From Azolla caroliniana (lineage: Eukaryota > Plantae > Polypodiophyta), in contig JBHGNT010000002.1 of assembly GCA_043228905.1 (NCBI GenBank), forward strand, positions 15,810,001 to 15,874,000: a stretch of 64,000 nt of DNA, given 5' to 3'. This document shows positions 12,701 to 27,000 of this stretch, one piece after another (positions within the stretch are counted from its first letter, which is position 1; each line of letters starts with the position of its first letter). The notes beneath the pieces were generated by a model. That model had not been told where the DNA came from, ran no database searches, and was given only the letters and a program-made list of their open reading frames with translations. The position numbers were made by a program, and so were the translations under genes.

Positions 12701-15087
12701 CAAATCGTTCGAAGTTCGGACGTTGTGTTCAACGAGTCGGCTATGAATCCATCAGTCGAAACACCGATCGAAGTCCGAAGGGTAACATTTTCCGATGTGC
12801 CGACCCTTCAAGAAAGCCCCGCGCTCAACACACGGTCAGCTTCACGGGTAGCTGAACCTTACACTACCGACTCGGACAACTCTGACTCGGCACAGCAGAA
12901 TAATTCGCTTTCGGACCATCCGACCTCGATACCCGATACGACCAGTCCAATCATACCTCGACGATCCGAAAGACTGTCGCAACCTCCGGAGAGGTATTCT
13001 CCTGGAATTTTCTTCACCGACGCCGGCGAACCGACGTCTTACGAAGAAGCATCGACATCTGTTGATTCAGCCACCTGGCATCTGGCGATGGAGTCGGAAA
13101 TGCACTCCATTCGGGCAAACAAGACTTGGGATCTGGTCGAATTACCTAAGAATCGACGTGCTCTTCCTTGCAAGTGGGTCTATCGACTAAAAGAGACGTC
13201 TGATTCGACCACCCCAAAGTACAAGGCCAGATTAGTTGCGAAGGGCTTCCGACAAGAATATGGCGTCGACTTCGACGAGATTTTTTCACCAGTGGTGAAA
13301 ATGACAACCCTTCGTTTTCTACTCGGCGTAGTGGCAGCCGACAACTTGGAGCTGATTCAGCTAGATGTCAAAACAACCTTCCTCCATGGTGATCTTGAAG
13401 AGGAAATTTATATGGAGCAGCCAAAAGGCTTCGTGGCAACTGGCCAAGAACATCTAGTCTGCCGACTCAGGAAGAGTCTATACGGCCTCAAACAGGCACC
13501 GCGACAATGGTACAAGAAGTTCGACGACTTCATCCAATCGATCGGCTTCTCAAAAAGCGATGAGGACCATTGTCTTTTTACCAACACAGCTCAAGATGGA
13601 TCACCCATCTTCCTCATCATTTACGTGGACGACATGCTAATTTCTGGACGCCACGCGGGCGAACTTGCCGATCTCATTCGGCAATTGCGGTTGAAGTTTG
13701 CCATGAAGGACCTCGGTCCGGCACGACACATACTTGGCATGAAGATTAGTCGGCATCGCGATAAACGACATCTTTTTTTGTCTCAGACCGACTATATCGG
13801 ACGTGTCTTGTAACGCTTCAACATGCAATCAGCCAAATCTGCTTCAACCCCGCTCCCCATGAATCTTCGGCTCTCTCAGCGGGACTGCCCGACATCCGGT
13901 CCGGAGGGGGAAGATATGAAGTCGGTACCGTATGCACCGGCAGTCGGCTCCCTCATGTACCTGATGGTCGCGACACGGCCTGATATTTCTCATGCCGTAG
14001 GAGTCGTCATCAGATTTATGCACAATCCTGGCCGATCGCATTGGAACGCAGTCAAGCATGTGTTCAAATATCTGGCTGGCACAAAAGACCACGGCATTCT
14101 TTTCCGTCCGAACTCAACCTCAGGCGTAGTCGGTTACACCGACTCGGACTTCGCCGGCTGTATAGACAGTCGGAAATCAACAACTGGATACTGCTTCAAA
14201 TTCGGCAATGGAGCAATTTCGTGGAAGTCGAAACTTCAGGAGTGCACAGCGACCTCAACAACCGAAGCAGAATATGTAGCTGCGTCCGACACTGCAAAAG
14301 AAGCTTTGTGGCTCGGCCGGCTGGCGCACACGTTTCGACAAGTCGACCATGACTCGGCCCCAGTTGTCTATAGCGACAGTCAAGGTGCTGTTGCCTTGTC
14401 GAAAAATCCGGTTCACCACAACGCCAGTTCGATATCACTTCGTTCGGGACTGCGTCATTTCAGGGAAAATCGGTCTAGAGAAAATATCTACAACCGACAA
14501 TGTTGCAGATGGAATGACCAAGTGTCTTTCGGCAGACCGCTTTCGGTCCCTTCGGCATCAGATGGGCGTAACGACAAACCAGTCCGGTTAGAGCCGGACA
14601 TAGCGCAGGATGGTTTCGGACAACCGACATCAGTTCCTTAATGATCGGCTTCAACTCTTCCGACCCGACCAGTTCGGTCTTCTGCCTTCGGACCCTGCCG
14701 ACTCGAACAAAAACTGATATGTCCGAGAACCTAGGTTTATACCTGTAATCTTAGATAACCCATGTATACGCCCATTACGGGGGAGTGTCGAATACAAGTG
14801 TATAATGGATGTATTCACACTATCCCTTTGTATAGCTCAAGTTTGGGCCATTTGTGTAATTAGCATAAATGGTAGTTGCCCTAAGTCGGTCACTATATAA
14901 AGTGACCTAGTAACCTTTTTGTAAGGTTGGTTGTATTATTGTTTCTATTGAATAGAAAGAGTCTTGTGTGCCTCCTCTCTCTCTCTCTCTCTATCTCTGT
15001 GCACGATCTTGGAAACTGTCATACGCAGGTACTCAACCCCAATCGAATGCTACTTGATCTTCCGCATTGACGGCCTTGTCTTCTACA
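9731..15087 (+). mobile_element. Full-length Ty1/copia element B
   Basis: 302-bp LTRs 9731-10032 and 14786-15087 (TG...CA, one mismatch seen), TSD TTGTC on both sides, Met-i PBS TGGTATCAGAGC at 10035, PPT GGGGGAG before the 3' LTR. Confidence 0.97.
10574..14591 (+). pseudogene. Copia gag-pol of element B (disrupted)
   Basis: CNYCKKPGHIKADC knuckle, WLLDSGAS protease, integrase, YVDD RT, RNase H; stops at ~12098, ~12284, ~13811 and a frameshifting deletion at ~14427 relative to the 59769-63782 ORF. Confidence 0.93.
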
Positions 15088-18034
15088 TTGTCTGTGCTCG
15101 GGATCCCAGAGTCGGTATCTGATCTCGCCGTCGAGTCCATATCCAAGGAAAATGCATTTCCTTGATCTTGGTTCGAGTTTCTGGCGATGGTCTTTCGGTA
15201 TGAGGGCATACGCCTCGCAGCCGAAGATCCTCAGCTTGTCATAATTCGGCTTACTGCCGGTCCATGTTTCCTGAGTTATTTTAAGTCCTAGAGGTCTACT
15301 TGGCGACATATTTATTATGTGTACTGCCATAAGTAGAGCCTCCGCCCAGAAGCCATCTGATAGTCCGGAGTGTTGGAGCATGGATACTATGCGTTCTTGA
15401 ATCGTCTGATTCATGCGTTCAACAATTCCGTTCTGCTCCGGACTATAGGGTGCCGTACATTCACATCGAATGCCGTGTTCTCGACAAAATTTGACAAATT
15501 CTTCAGACTTGAATTCTCCTCCGTTGTCGGTTTGGAGACATTTTAGTTTCCGACCGGTTTGATTTTCGACCATTGCAAGCCATTTGGAGAAGATCAGGAA
15601 CACCCGATCTTTGGTTCTGATGGGGTAAGCCCACACCTTCCGAGTCGAGTCGTCAATAAAACTGACGAAGTATGAAGCATCGCCGAGAGACTAATATGGC
15701 ATCGGGCCACAGACGTCCGAGTGGACCAAATCGAGGGGACTCGATTCTCTTGGTGCTAATGTCGGGTGTGATGCAACTACTTGTTTGCTATACTGGCAAC
15801 GCTCGTAGAATTGGTGATCCGAAGGAGAGTTTGGGGATGTAACCGGCTCTGGATAGGTTTGTTATGCCGGCCTTGCTGATGTGTCCAAGTCGTCCGTGCC
15901 ATAACGATGACACGGGGATATCAACCAGAAATAAGTCACCCTCTTTGAGTGTGACATATAAAGGGTACAAAGAGTGTACCTTTGGTTCTCGAGCAAGCAA
16001 GAGGTTCCCTTTGTGGACTGTCCACCCTCCTGATGAGAACCTGACACAGATGCCGACTTCGTCAAGTTGTTCGACTGAGATCAAGGGTCTTGAAAGCTCA
16101 GGAACGTGTCAGACGTTGTGTAGTACGAGTGTAGAGCCACCCAGAAGGTTAAGCTCTACAGTGCCGATTCCGATTATGGCTCGATTCCTCAGTCGTAAGC
16201 AGAACTTCTGATTCGACTGGGTTCTCTATGGACAATATGTTCGGGCGGTCGTCAAAATTTCGGCTGAAGAGCTGACGTAGTTGGCCTCCTCATGCCGGCT
16301 ACTCTTCTGATCTGCTCTTTGAGCTTTGTCAGTTTTTGCTTTGAGTGCCCGACAGTCGGCTTTGATGTGTCCCGGTTTCTTGCAGTAGTTGCAGATTCGG
16401 TTGTCTCGGGACTTGCTCTGGCTTCGCTGATTGTTCGGCGGTCGGGAAGAACTTCTTCCCGGTTGCTCGATCGGTCGGTTGAACCTTGTACTATGTAAGC
16501 TTCATCTGCCGAGTCTTTGGCGAAAGACTTTCTCCAAGCTGCTTCAGTTAGGATTGCGCTCGTGACTTCGGAGTACTTAAGGGTAGTTGTTGAAGCATTG
16601 CACATGGTTGTAACGAAAGTTTCCCATGAAGAGGTGAGACTACTCATGAGTATCATTGCTTTGAGTTCATCCTCGATTGCCATCCCTTGAGACGAGATTT
16701 GGGAGCGTATGCTTTCGTACTCATTGAGGTGTGCCTGAACCGAATCAGATTCTTTCATCCGCAAGTTGTGGAGGCGCCGGATCAGATACATCTTCGTTGC
16801 GACGACCTTCTTTTCATAGTTTCCAACAGTGTTTTCCATAGTTCAAAAGCTGTCGAGCACAATTGCATTGTGAAGTACACTGACTCCGATAGGTGCATCC
16901 GAATCATGGCATGGACGATTCATTCTAGCTTTAGCCATTCGTTTGCCTTGTATGCTTTTGGAGGATTTTCATTCTCAATCGGGTCTATTTGACCCTTGAC
17001 TATGAGATAGTCATGCATTTGTTCCTTCCAGAAGTTGAAGTTCGAACCGTCGAACCTCCTTAGGCTCATCTCTGATGAACCGGATGTTGATGCCATCTGC
17101 TTCAGTTTCGGTTGGTAAGACTCGGTTCAAAGTTGACTACGAACCTTAGTGGGGTGCAGCCGGTCGGCTCACCCGATATCGTTCTAGTCGGTTTTGAACC
17201 TGAGTCGGTTTGGTTTCGGATACTTGTTGCTGAACTTGCTCGGAGTGACTCCGGTAACTTTAGGGACAGAACCGGCTGGTCTTCCCGAATGTTACCGAGT
17301 CGGAGTGAGCCCGGTTAGCTTCCGATTGTATGCCGAATACCAATTATAGGAAACCGATTGTTTGGGCCGATTCTGCTTCGGATGACTGCAACGATGAGAG
17401 GGACGGATCCAACTGATCCTCCCGAATGTCGATCAGCTGAATGAAGCACGAATTTGTTTGTTCCTAGGAGACCAATCTGCAGTGGGTGGTTACAACAAGT
17501 GAGTGAATGGCGTCCGGTGACCTATTCGGATGTCATTTAACCGAATGAAGCACGATTGGGTCGGGTGTTGCACAGGGAGCTCGGCTCAAGTGGTTACAAT
17601 CACAGGAACAGAGTACAGCCGGCTAGCTTACTCCAATTAGTGATTTAACATAGTGAGATGCAAACTTCTTGTTTGTCTTCTCTCTTCTCTGTTCTTCAAG
17701 AAGTTACAGAAAACAGAATGTTGTTGTGTACGATGACGAACGACAACGGGTTGAAGAACCTCCAACGCTTTGATACCAAATGTTGGGGAACAAGGTCGTC
17801 AATGCGGAAGAACAAACAACATTTGTGATTGTGAAGAACCTCCAACGTATGCGAATGAGCAATGTACAAAGAGAGAGAGAGAGAGAGAGAGAGATAGGCA
17901 CAAACGAAACGTTATATTTTTGGATATCAACAGTTACAAAATGACAGCAAACAACCTTTACTAAAGGTTACAAAGTCACTATATATAGTGACTATCCTAG
18001 GGCAACTGCCCTTTATGCTATTTACAGAGAAATA

Positions 18035-21000
18035 GAGAGTATAGAGAGGAAGCCTCATTTAACGTTACCTGAGGATAGTTGGCAAAGGATGAAAGAAGTT
18101 ACCAAGGATCCAAGTCTCAGAGACCCAAAAGGGATAGGCCATACCTTCTCCAATGAATCATGTTGAGAGACGAGCTCAACATCGGCCGGATCGGCTGAAG
18201 AAGCCAAGGACCGGATCGGTTGGGACCGATCAGTTAGGCCGAGTGTGTAAACCGGGAGGCCGTTAGGAAAGATATTCCGTGAGGAATATATTTGGGAGTT
18301 AGTGTAGGAGCTCTTAAAGAGCATTGAAGTACGGTCAGTACTTCGGTCAGTCCTTCGAGGACTTGTATAAAAGTGTTCATGGAACACACATATGTATAGA
18401 GTGTGGTGAATAGAGTCTTTAATATAGCTCTTGTGTTTTCTCTCTCTCTGTCTCTCCTGCGTATACAACGTAAGCTCAAGCTCTTCATTAAACCTGATTG
18501 TTCTTCCTTCTGTTCTGTCTTCATACTTGCTTCCGCATGTTACTTTTTACATGGTATCAGAGCGCGAGGGTTGAGAACCTCTCTGCAGCCGACACAGCTT
18601 GACGAAGAAGAACAAGAAGAACGATGGATAGAGGCATGACGAGCTCGCTTCCAACAGAGAAGCTCGACAGAACCAACTAGGCGTCTTGGTCCTACAAGAT
18701 GCACCAGTACCTGCTCGGGCATGGCTACTGGAGTTATGTCGAAGGAGCTAATGACGCGGCACCCGAATCGACACACAGAGACTTCCCGTCGTGGGAGCAA
18801 TCGGCGAGCAGGGTATTATACTACTTCGCGTCGTGTGTGGGCGAACAGCTATTGAGCTATGTTCGGGATGCAAAGACGCCGAAGGGTGCGTGGGAAAATC
18901 TGAAGAAGATTTTCGCCGCGAGCACCACAGCCAGGAAGCTTCAGCTCCGACAGGAGTTGAACAACCTACGACAATGCGACTTGTCGGTGGCGGACTATAC
19001 CTCGAAGATCAAGGATATCTGCGACTCCCTCGCCTCCATAGAGGTGAACATCGAGGAGAGCGAGATGGTCCAGATCTGTCTCGGAGGTTTGGCGTCGAAG
19101 TTCGGAGCGTTTCGAACGGCTGTGTGTACCCGGGAGAATACGCCGTCCTTTTTCGACTTACAGTCAATGCTCCTGGTAGAGGAGAACCACGTGGGTGCAT
19201 CTACAAGCACGCACATCGACAACAGAATGTTGTACTCGGAGGGAGTTAGGCCCCGTGGACGTGGAGGACGAGGCGAGTCGGTGCGCAATGGAGGCGGCCG
19301 ACGAGATCAAGGAAGAAGGCACCGAAGTGATGCTGACAGCAACTCCGGACCCTTCGGAAACAGGGGGAGTCGAAGCGATGAGAACCAGCAAGGGAAGGCC
19401 ATCGCGGAGTGCTGGTACTGTGGCAAGAAAGGCCATAGGGAAAGTGAGTGTTGGAAGAAGCGAGCCGACTCGGAGAGAACCGGTTCCGGAAACGGCTCCG
19501 GACATACCGACAAGGGAAATCGGTAGTGATCACACTACGCCGAAGACTCCGGGAGAGCCGGAGAAGGGTCTGTCTTCGTGACGAGACACGAAGCAAACTC
19601 AATGAAACAGAACACCCCGAGATCGGACGAGGTGTGGTACGTAGACTCCGGCGCGTCAAAGCACATGACGAGCCATAAGGAGTGGTTCTCATACCTTGAA
19701 AAACCGATACAACCTGGAGTAGTCGCAACTGGAGACGACACTCCGCATCCGATCGCGAATGTCGGAGAAGTTCCCCTTAGCCATGTCGGGCAGAAAGGGA
19801 AACTCATGAACGTGCTGCACATTCTGACAATCACGAAGAACTTGGTCTCGGTCGGACAGATCGTCGACCAAGGGATGGAGGTTCGGTTTACACACCTCGG
19901 GTGCTTCATTGAGGAAGAAGGTCGTGTGATTGCGCAAGGGCGCAGAGACGGGAGGATGTTCATCCTCGATTCCACTGACGGCGGCACCGCAATGTTCGCG
20001 AAGGGACAAAAATCCGAGTCGGACATTGACTTGTGGCACAAGCAGATTGGCCACGTCAACTACCAGCGGCTTCAAGATCTGCAATCGAAACAGGTAGTGT
20101 TAGGATTGCCCAAATTTAGTGGTTGAAAGGCACAAATTTGTGAAGCCTGCCAGCTCGGGAAGCAACACCGACTTCCTTTCCCCAACGAGCAAAACCGGAG
20201 CCGGAACAAGCTTGACCTTATACACTCCGATGTATGGGGGCCGACACAAAACATTAGTCTTGGCGGGACCCGATATTTCGTCTCCTTCATCGACGACCAC
20301 ACGCGGCACACGTGGATCTACCTCATTGAGAGGAAGAGCGAAGTCTTCGACTGTTTCCGGGACCTCAAAGGATTCGTAGAAATGGAAACGGGACGAAAGA
20401 TCCAGTGCCTGCGGTCGGATGGCGGGAAAGAGTAATTTTCTGGTCAATTCAACGGTTATCTACAACAAATGGGAATTCAGCGCGAATTCAGTTGTAGATA
20501 CACGCTGGAGCAGAACGGCGTGGCCGAGAGGAAGAATCGGTCGATTGTGGAAGCGGCACGAGCAATGCTGGAGGAGAAGAGCTTGCCCAAGTTCTACTGG
20601 GCCGAGGCGGTAAGGACCGTGGTATACATCTAGAACCGGATCGGAGACAAAGTGTTGGCGCACGAGCTATATTTCGGAACGAAGCCGAACTTGCGACACT
20701 TGAGGGTGTTCGGTAGCATTGCGTATGTGCATGTACCGAAAGAGAAAAGGAGGAAGCTGGACGCAAAGGCCGAGAAATGCATCTTGGTCGGTTACTCGGA
20801 CGAGCAGAAGGGTTATAAGTGCTATAACCCTCGCACCAAACAAGCACGTGTCAGCCGCGACGTTGTGTTTGACGAGTCCGCGTCCTGGTACCAGCCCCTG
20901 ACTCCGAACCCCGACTCCAATCCGAGCTCTGACGATGAGGTCAGAGAGGCCGAGATGCCTCCGGATGAGCCCGAAATCAAGACCCGCGAAGAGAGTCCGA

Positions 21001-24000
21001 TTTCACTCAGTTTAAGTGGACCGATTGGACGACTGAGTCAGTACGACCATTCCGATGAAGAGCCGGCGAGTAGTGGGGACTTGGCCGTGCATTCCCCGTG
21101 CAGGAAGCCGAGGAGACGGCTTACGTGCAAAGAGAAAGGGAAGAAGATGGTGTCGAATTCTGGCACGGATAGGAACGAGTCAGACCGACATGAGTCCGAC
21201 TCCGAGGGAACCGGTGACGGGTCTTTAAAGGTGAAGTCCGCGTCGACCGAGAAGGCCTCGACATCGGCTAATGGTAGATTACGCCGATCTACCCGCCAGA
21301 AGAACCCTGTTTTGCGGTTCGGATACAACGAGTACATGGCACATCATTATGCGTACATGACCCGTGTAGCGGAAGTGCGTGAGCCGGAGAGCTACGCAGA
21401 AGCGGCTAAAAATGCGAATTGGCGTGCCGCGATGGAGGAAGAGATGCATGCATTGGCGGAGAACGAGACCTGGGACCTGGTTGATGCACCAAGTGGGGTA
21501 AAACCGATCGGGTGTAGATGGGTGTACAAAGTCAAGTACAACACCGATGGCTCGGTCAACCGGTACAAGGCTCGTCTAGTGGCAAAGGGCTACGCACAGA
21601 AACACGACATCGACTACGATGAGACGTTTGCGCCAGTCGCGAAAATGACGACCGTCCATGTTTTGCTCGCAGTGGCCGCGGCCAAGGGGTGGCACCTACA
21701 TCAGATGGATGTAAAGAATGCGTTCCTGCAAGGTGACCTTGAGGAACAGGTGTACATGGTACAGCCCCCCGGATTTCACTCCGGAACGAAATCCTCGGCA
21801 GTATGCCGACTAAAGAAGTCCCATTATGGACTGAAGCAAGCCCCGCGTGCCTGGAACGCGAAGATCACGCAACAACTGCGTCGGATGGGCTTCGTCACGT
21901 TAAAATTAGACTCTTCCCTGTTCATCTGGAAAGGTCGACTCGGACCGGTTAGTATTTTACTATATGTTGATGACTTGGTCATCAGAGGCGCCGACCTAGG
22001 TGAAATCGACCGCGTGAAGCTCCAGCTTGCGGCATCGTTCGACATGAAGGATCTGGGGGAACTTCATTACTTCCTCGGGATCGAAGTGATCCGTACCCCC
22101 GAAGGCATATTGATCAGCCAACGTCATTACGTGCTGAGTATGCTCTTCAAATTCGGGATGGCCGACTGTAAGTCTGTGTCGACTCCTCTGGACAGAACCA
22201 TGAAGCTTCGTCCCGATACGGGAAAGGTATGCGACCTGACGAGGTTCCGACAAATTGTCGGAAGCCTCAATTACTTGACCATCACCCGACCCGACCTCAG
22301 TTATCCGGTCGGAGTGATCAGTCAGTTCATGGCGCGACCTACCGAGGAGCACCTTCAGTGTGCGCATCGCATACTTCGGTATGTCAACGGCACTAAGGAC
22401 CGGGGACTGCTATATCGGACCGGTGCAGCCGCGCAGTTAGTCGGCTACACCGATGTTGATTGGGCTGGCAACGCCGCCGATCGCCGATCCACGTCTGGAT
22501 ACACGTTCTCCCTCGGGAGTGCCGCGATCGCGTGGAGTAGTAAGAAGCAGCCGACAGTTGCACTATCGAGCACCGAAGCTGAGTACCGAGGAGCGGCTGT
22601 CGCGACATGCGAAGCCATATGGTTGAAGCGGCTACTTAAGGACCTGCAAAAGGAGGTGTCCGATTCAACAACGATCTACTGCGACAACCTGAGCAGCATC
22701 CAACTCGCGAAGAACCCCGTCTTCCACGCACGGACCAAGCACATTGAGGTGCACTACCATTTCATTCGTGAGCGTGTCCTTTCCGGTGAAGTCGAACTTC
22801 AGTACGTTCCGACGGATCGGCAGATTGCCGACATCTTCACCAAGCCTCTTGGTTTGGACAAGTTGCGGCAATTCTCAGGTGCGCTCGGATTGCGTCACCT
22901 CGATGTGCCAAACTTGAGGGGGAGAATAGTCCCAAGGCAGCAGGAAAGGAGTGGAGACCGGGACACCACCGAGTCGGTTGACTCGGTTGACGAGTTCGAC
23001 TTCGGATCGGCTGAAGAAACCGATGGCGGACCCGCGAAAAAGTTCGGAAGAGGACAGAAGGGGAGCAACTGAAGGAGAGAGCCGAAGCCAACCACACATG
23101 GGGAAGATGACGCCATCGAGGGCAAGAAGACCGAAGACGAGTTGGAGACAACCAACTCGGACGGGAGCGAAAACCGATCGGAGGTAGCCGAGTCGGTTCG
23201 GATGTTTGATTCAGATACGCTGAATCAACCGAGGCCCAAACGGAAGAAAAGGCAGCAGGAGAAGCGTCAACACCGCAACAGCAGAAGAGCTGATAAGGGC
23301 CGCATGAGCAGACAAGCCGATCAGAAGGGTCGAAGCGCGCGGAGTCGAACAGGTCGAGGAGCGCGAGCGAGGCGTGAAGCCAGGAGGAATCGGAGCTGTG
23401 AGCCCGAGGATCCCGAAGAGCCTCGAGTTGAGCTTGAGGGGGAGTGTTGAGAGACAAGTTCAACATCGGCCGGATCGGCTGAAGAAGCCGAGGACTGGAT
23501 CGGTTGGGACCGATCGTGCGGCTGAGTGTGTAAACCGGGAGGCCGTTAGGAAAGATATTCCATGAGGAATATATTTGGGAGTTAGTGTAGGAGCTCTTAA
23601 AGAGCATTGAAGTATGGTCAATACTTCGGTCCGTCCTTCGAGGACTTGTATAAAAGTGTTCATGGAACACACATATGTATAGAGTGTGGTGAATAGAGTC
23701 TTTAATATAGCTCTTGTGTTTTCTCTCTCTCTGTCTCTCCCGTGTATACTGCGTAAGCTCAAGCTCTCCATTAAACCTGATTGTTCTTCCTTCTGTTCTG
23801 TCTTCATACTTGCTTCCGCACGTTACTTTTTACAAATCAAGAGGGAAACTCCAAGTTGGGAAGGATGACTTCCTTCTCCTTGAAGAAGAAGAAAGGTTTA
23901 GGATGATGCTTGAGAGGCATGGCAAAACCTTCGTCTTCTCTCCACAAGAAATCGGATGTGCTGACCGGAAGATGATAGAGCCGATGGTAATATTTACGGT

Positions 24001-27000
24001 GCCACATGTACCTTGGAACCTCAAGGCGATACCGGTTCCAAGAGCTCACATTCCGAAGTTGATTGAGCTTCTAAAGGAAAAGGTTAGGATGGGAATTCTT
24101 GAGCCATCCAATGCTCCCTACTCCAATAGATGGTTTACGGTGCTGACGAAGAATGGGTCCTTACGCTTTATTCAAGATCCCCAACCCGTCGACAAGGTGA
24201 CGATCCAAAATGCCTGAATTGGTCCAAGCATGGATGAATTTGCCGAAGCCTTCGCGGGAAGATCAATCTATTCCATTTGTTATCTCTACTCGGGCTATGA
24301 TCAATTTCAATTGTCAGTCGATAGTAGAGACATTATAACAATGAGGACACCGATCGGGTTGGTAAGGATGTGCACCTTACCCCAAGGTGCGGAAAATCCG
24401 TAGCCCACATGGTGAATGCCATGAACAAAGTGTTAAAGGATTGTATTCCTAATATCACAAGGCCCTTCTTAGATGACATTCCAATCAAAGGATGCTCGAT
24501 GGAAGAAAAAGATGAATCAAAAGATGAAGATGGTTGCCGAAGATTCATCATCGATCATATAACGGATAGCGAGAAGGTGTTCCAAAAGCTTTAGGACGCA
24601 AATCTCACGTTTTCGGGAGAGAAATCCGCATTCGGTCAACCAGAAACATTGGTAGTAGGACACTTTGTGTGGATCTTATGGCCGGAAGCCATCTCCATCC
24701 AAGGTGAATGCTATCCAAGAGATGAAAGAGGAGTATGAGTCCCAAATAGAGGTGAGAAGATTCTTGGGAGCATGTGCGTTCTACCACATATGGATTCCAC
24801 ACTATTCCCATGTCGCTGAACCATTGTATGGAAAAGGAAGAAGTTTGAATGGGAAGACGAGCATACCTATGAGGTTCAAAAGTTGAAGAAACTATTATTT
24901 GAATTGGATGGGTGATTAACCAAGAAGAAAACGACAAAAATCGATATGTAATCTGATTCGGTGCAAAGGTGTTGACCGAAGGAGAAAGAAAGTACACCCA
25001 AGTAAAGAGAGAGCTATGGGGGATAGTATCTGCGTTAAAACCGATCACGACTACCTTATCGGAACAGAAGTCATAATCAAAACCGATTGTCTACCTATTC
25101 TCGGGATGATATCCGGTTGTGCTACGCCGGATATTGCTATGCTACAATGGATTGCCTATATTAAGTCGCTCAACCCCAAGATGTGACATATAACTGGGAA
25201 ACATAATGTGGTGGCTGATATGTTGTCAAGGGCAAGGTACAAGCGTGAAGAAGATTCACGCTCTGATGAAGAGGATGTTGGCCTAAACTTCTTTACGGTT
25301 TCTTGTGCTCGGGTGCTAATGGTGTTTAAAGTAGAAGATTATGAGGGTGAATTCATCGAAATTGGCAAGTACTTAAGCTCTCTTACAAAGGATGAATCAT
25401 GGTCATAGGAAGAAGGCCTACAAGTTCTTCCTCAAAGAAGGAGATCTATGGAACTTTCCAAAGAGGAAGAATGGAACTCCACTTCGAGTGGTGTGCAAGA
25501 AACAAGATCAACAAACACTAATTGCTGAATTTCATGATAGTGTCTGGGCAGGTCATCGAGGTATATAGGCAACTTTTGCAAAGCTCAAGGAGAAGTATTG
25601 GTGGCCGGGTGTTTACAAAGATGTAGCAAGCTATGTTGAAACATGTGCACAACATGGGGATGAACTTCATTCGACATATCCATTATCAATGCACTATAAG
25701 TGGTTGGTAGACATAGTGGTTATGCAAATGGGATTGTGGCAAATGAGATACCTCATGCTAGCAAGAGAGGATCTCACTAACCAAGTAGAATGTCGGGCAC
25801 TAAGGAATAAAACAACTTTGTCGTTTTGCAAGTTTCTCCTTGAAGATGTTATTTGTCGATACGGATGTGTCGGCAAAATCGTAGCCAATAGAGGAGAATT
25901 AGATGCAAATGAAGATAAAGAGTTTTTCTCAAGGATAGGCGTCAAATTATCACTTACCATGGCGTACAACCTGGAGGCAAATGGAAAAGTGGAGCGGGGA
26001 CATAGCCCGATCGTAAAAGCTCTAGCAAAGGCTTGCGATGGGAAGATGGGGGGACTGGTCACGATTATTACCATATGCATTATGGGCCGATAGAACTACA
26101 CATAGCATGACCACTGGATATATGCCATCCAATATCATATTAGGGCAAAAAACAATGATACCTATCAAGCAAAGTGTTACCTCATGGACAACTTTGCCAT
26201 GGCAAGAGGAGACGAGTTGAGAAGACTTGCTAGTTACAAGGATCCAACAATTAGAACGGAGACCCAAAGATGTCGAGTTAGCAATAGAACGGTTACGTGT
26301 GGTTCGATTGAGGAACATGGACAATTTTGATAAAAAGCATCGTCTTCGTCTAAGAAAAATTAAAGAAGGAGATTGGGTACTTGTCTATGATAGCAGCCTT
26401 GATAATTAGCATAGCACTACTCGAAAGTTCGTGAAACGATGGTTTGGGCCATACTTGGTTAAGGAAATAGAAAACAATGCAACCTATTTTCTAGTGGAGT
26501 TAGATGGAACTCGACTTGCTTTGCCGATTGTAGGGAAGAGAATCAAGATCTTTAAGAGAAAAGAGACCACAAATCCTGAAATCAAACCTCTAGACTTCGA
26601 GGTTTAAAAAGAATAAGCAATAGAAACTAACAATCATTGGCACATACCGGAGGATGTGTAGGTTTAGTGGGGGTGGATGTCGTGATGTTTCTAACACATA
26701 GTGTGAAACCACCCTCGAAAAGAAGCAAAATAGTATTTTAAATAAACTAGTATTGTGAAGTCAACTTTATTGGTAGCAAAAATACTTTTTCATTTTGCCA
26801 AAGATAATTCCTTATAAATAATAGGTCAAAGGACTGAACCTTACAATAAATAATGATGAATATTAAGTTAGAGGCGGTTTTCAAAAGTAGAGAAAAAAAA
26901 GCACGCGTGGATATGAGGAGCACAATAGAGAAAAAAGCTCATAATTTCCTCGTTAGATGTCCAAATTGGAAACAAAAAGATGCATAAGAAAGCTCACCCA

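Larger units (their letters stand above)
7330..18030 (-). mobile_element. Ty1/copia element A (degenerate, interrupted by element B)
   Basis: 3' LTR 7330-7635 with adjacent PPT; RT/RNase H remnants 7831-9730; integrase and gag remnants 15088-17096; PBS TGGTATCAAAGC at ~17767-17778; 5' LTR from 17781, truncated at ~18030. Confidence 0.92.
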
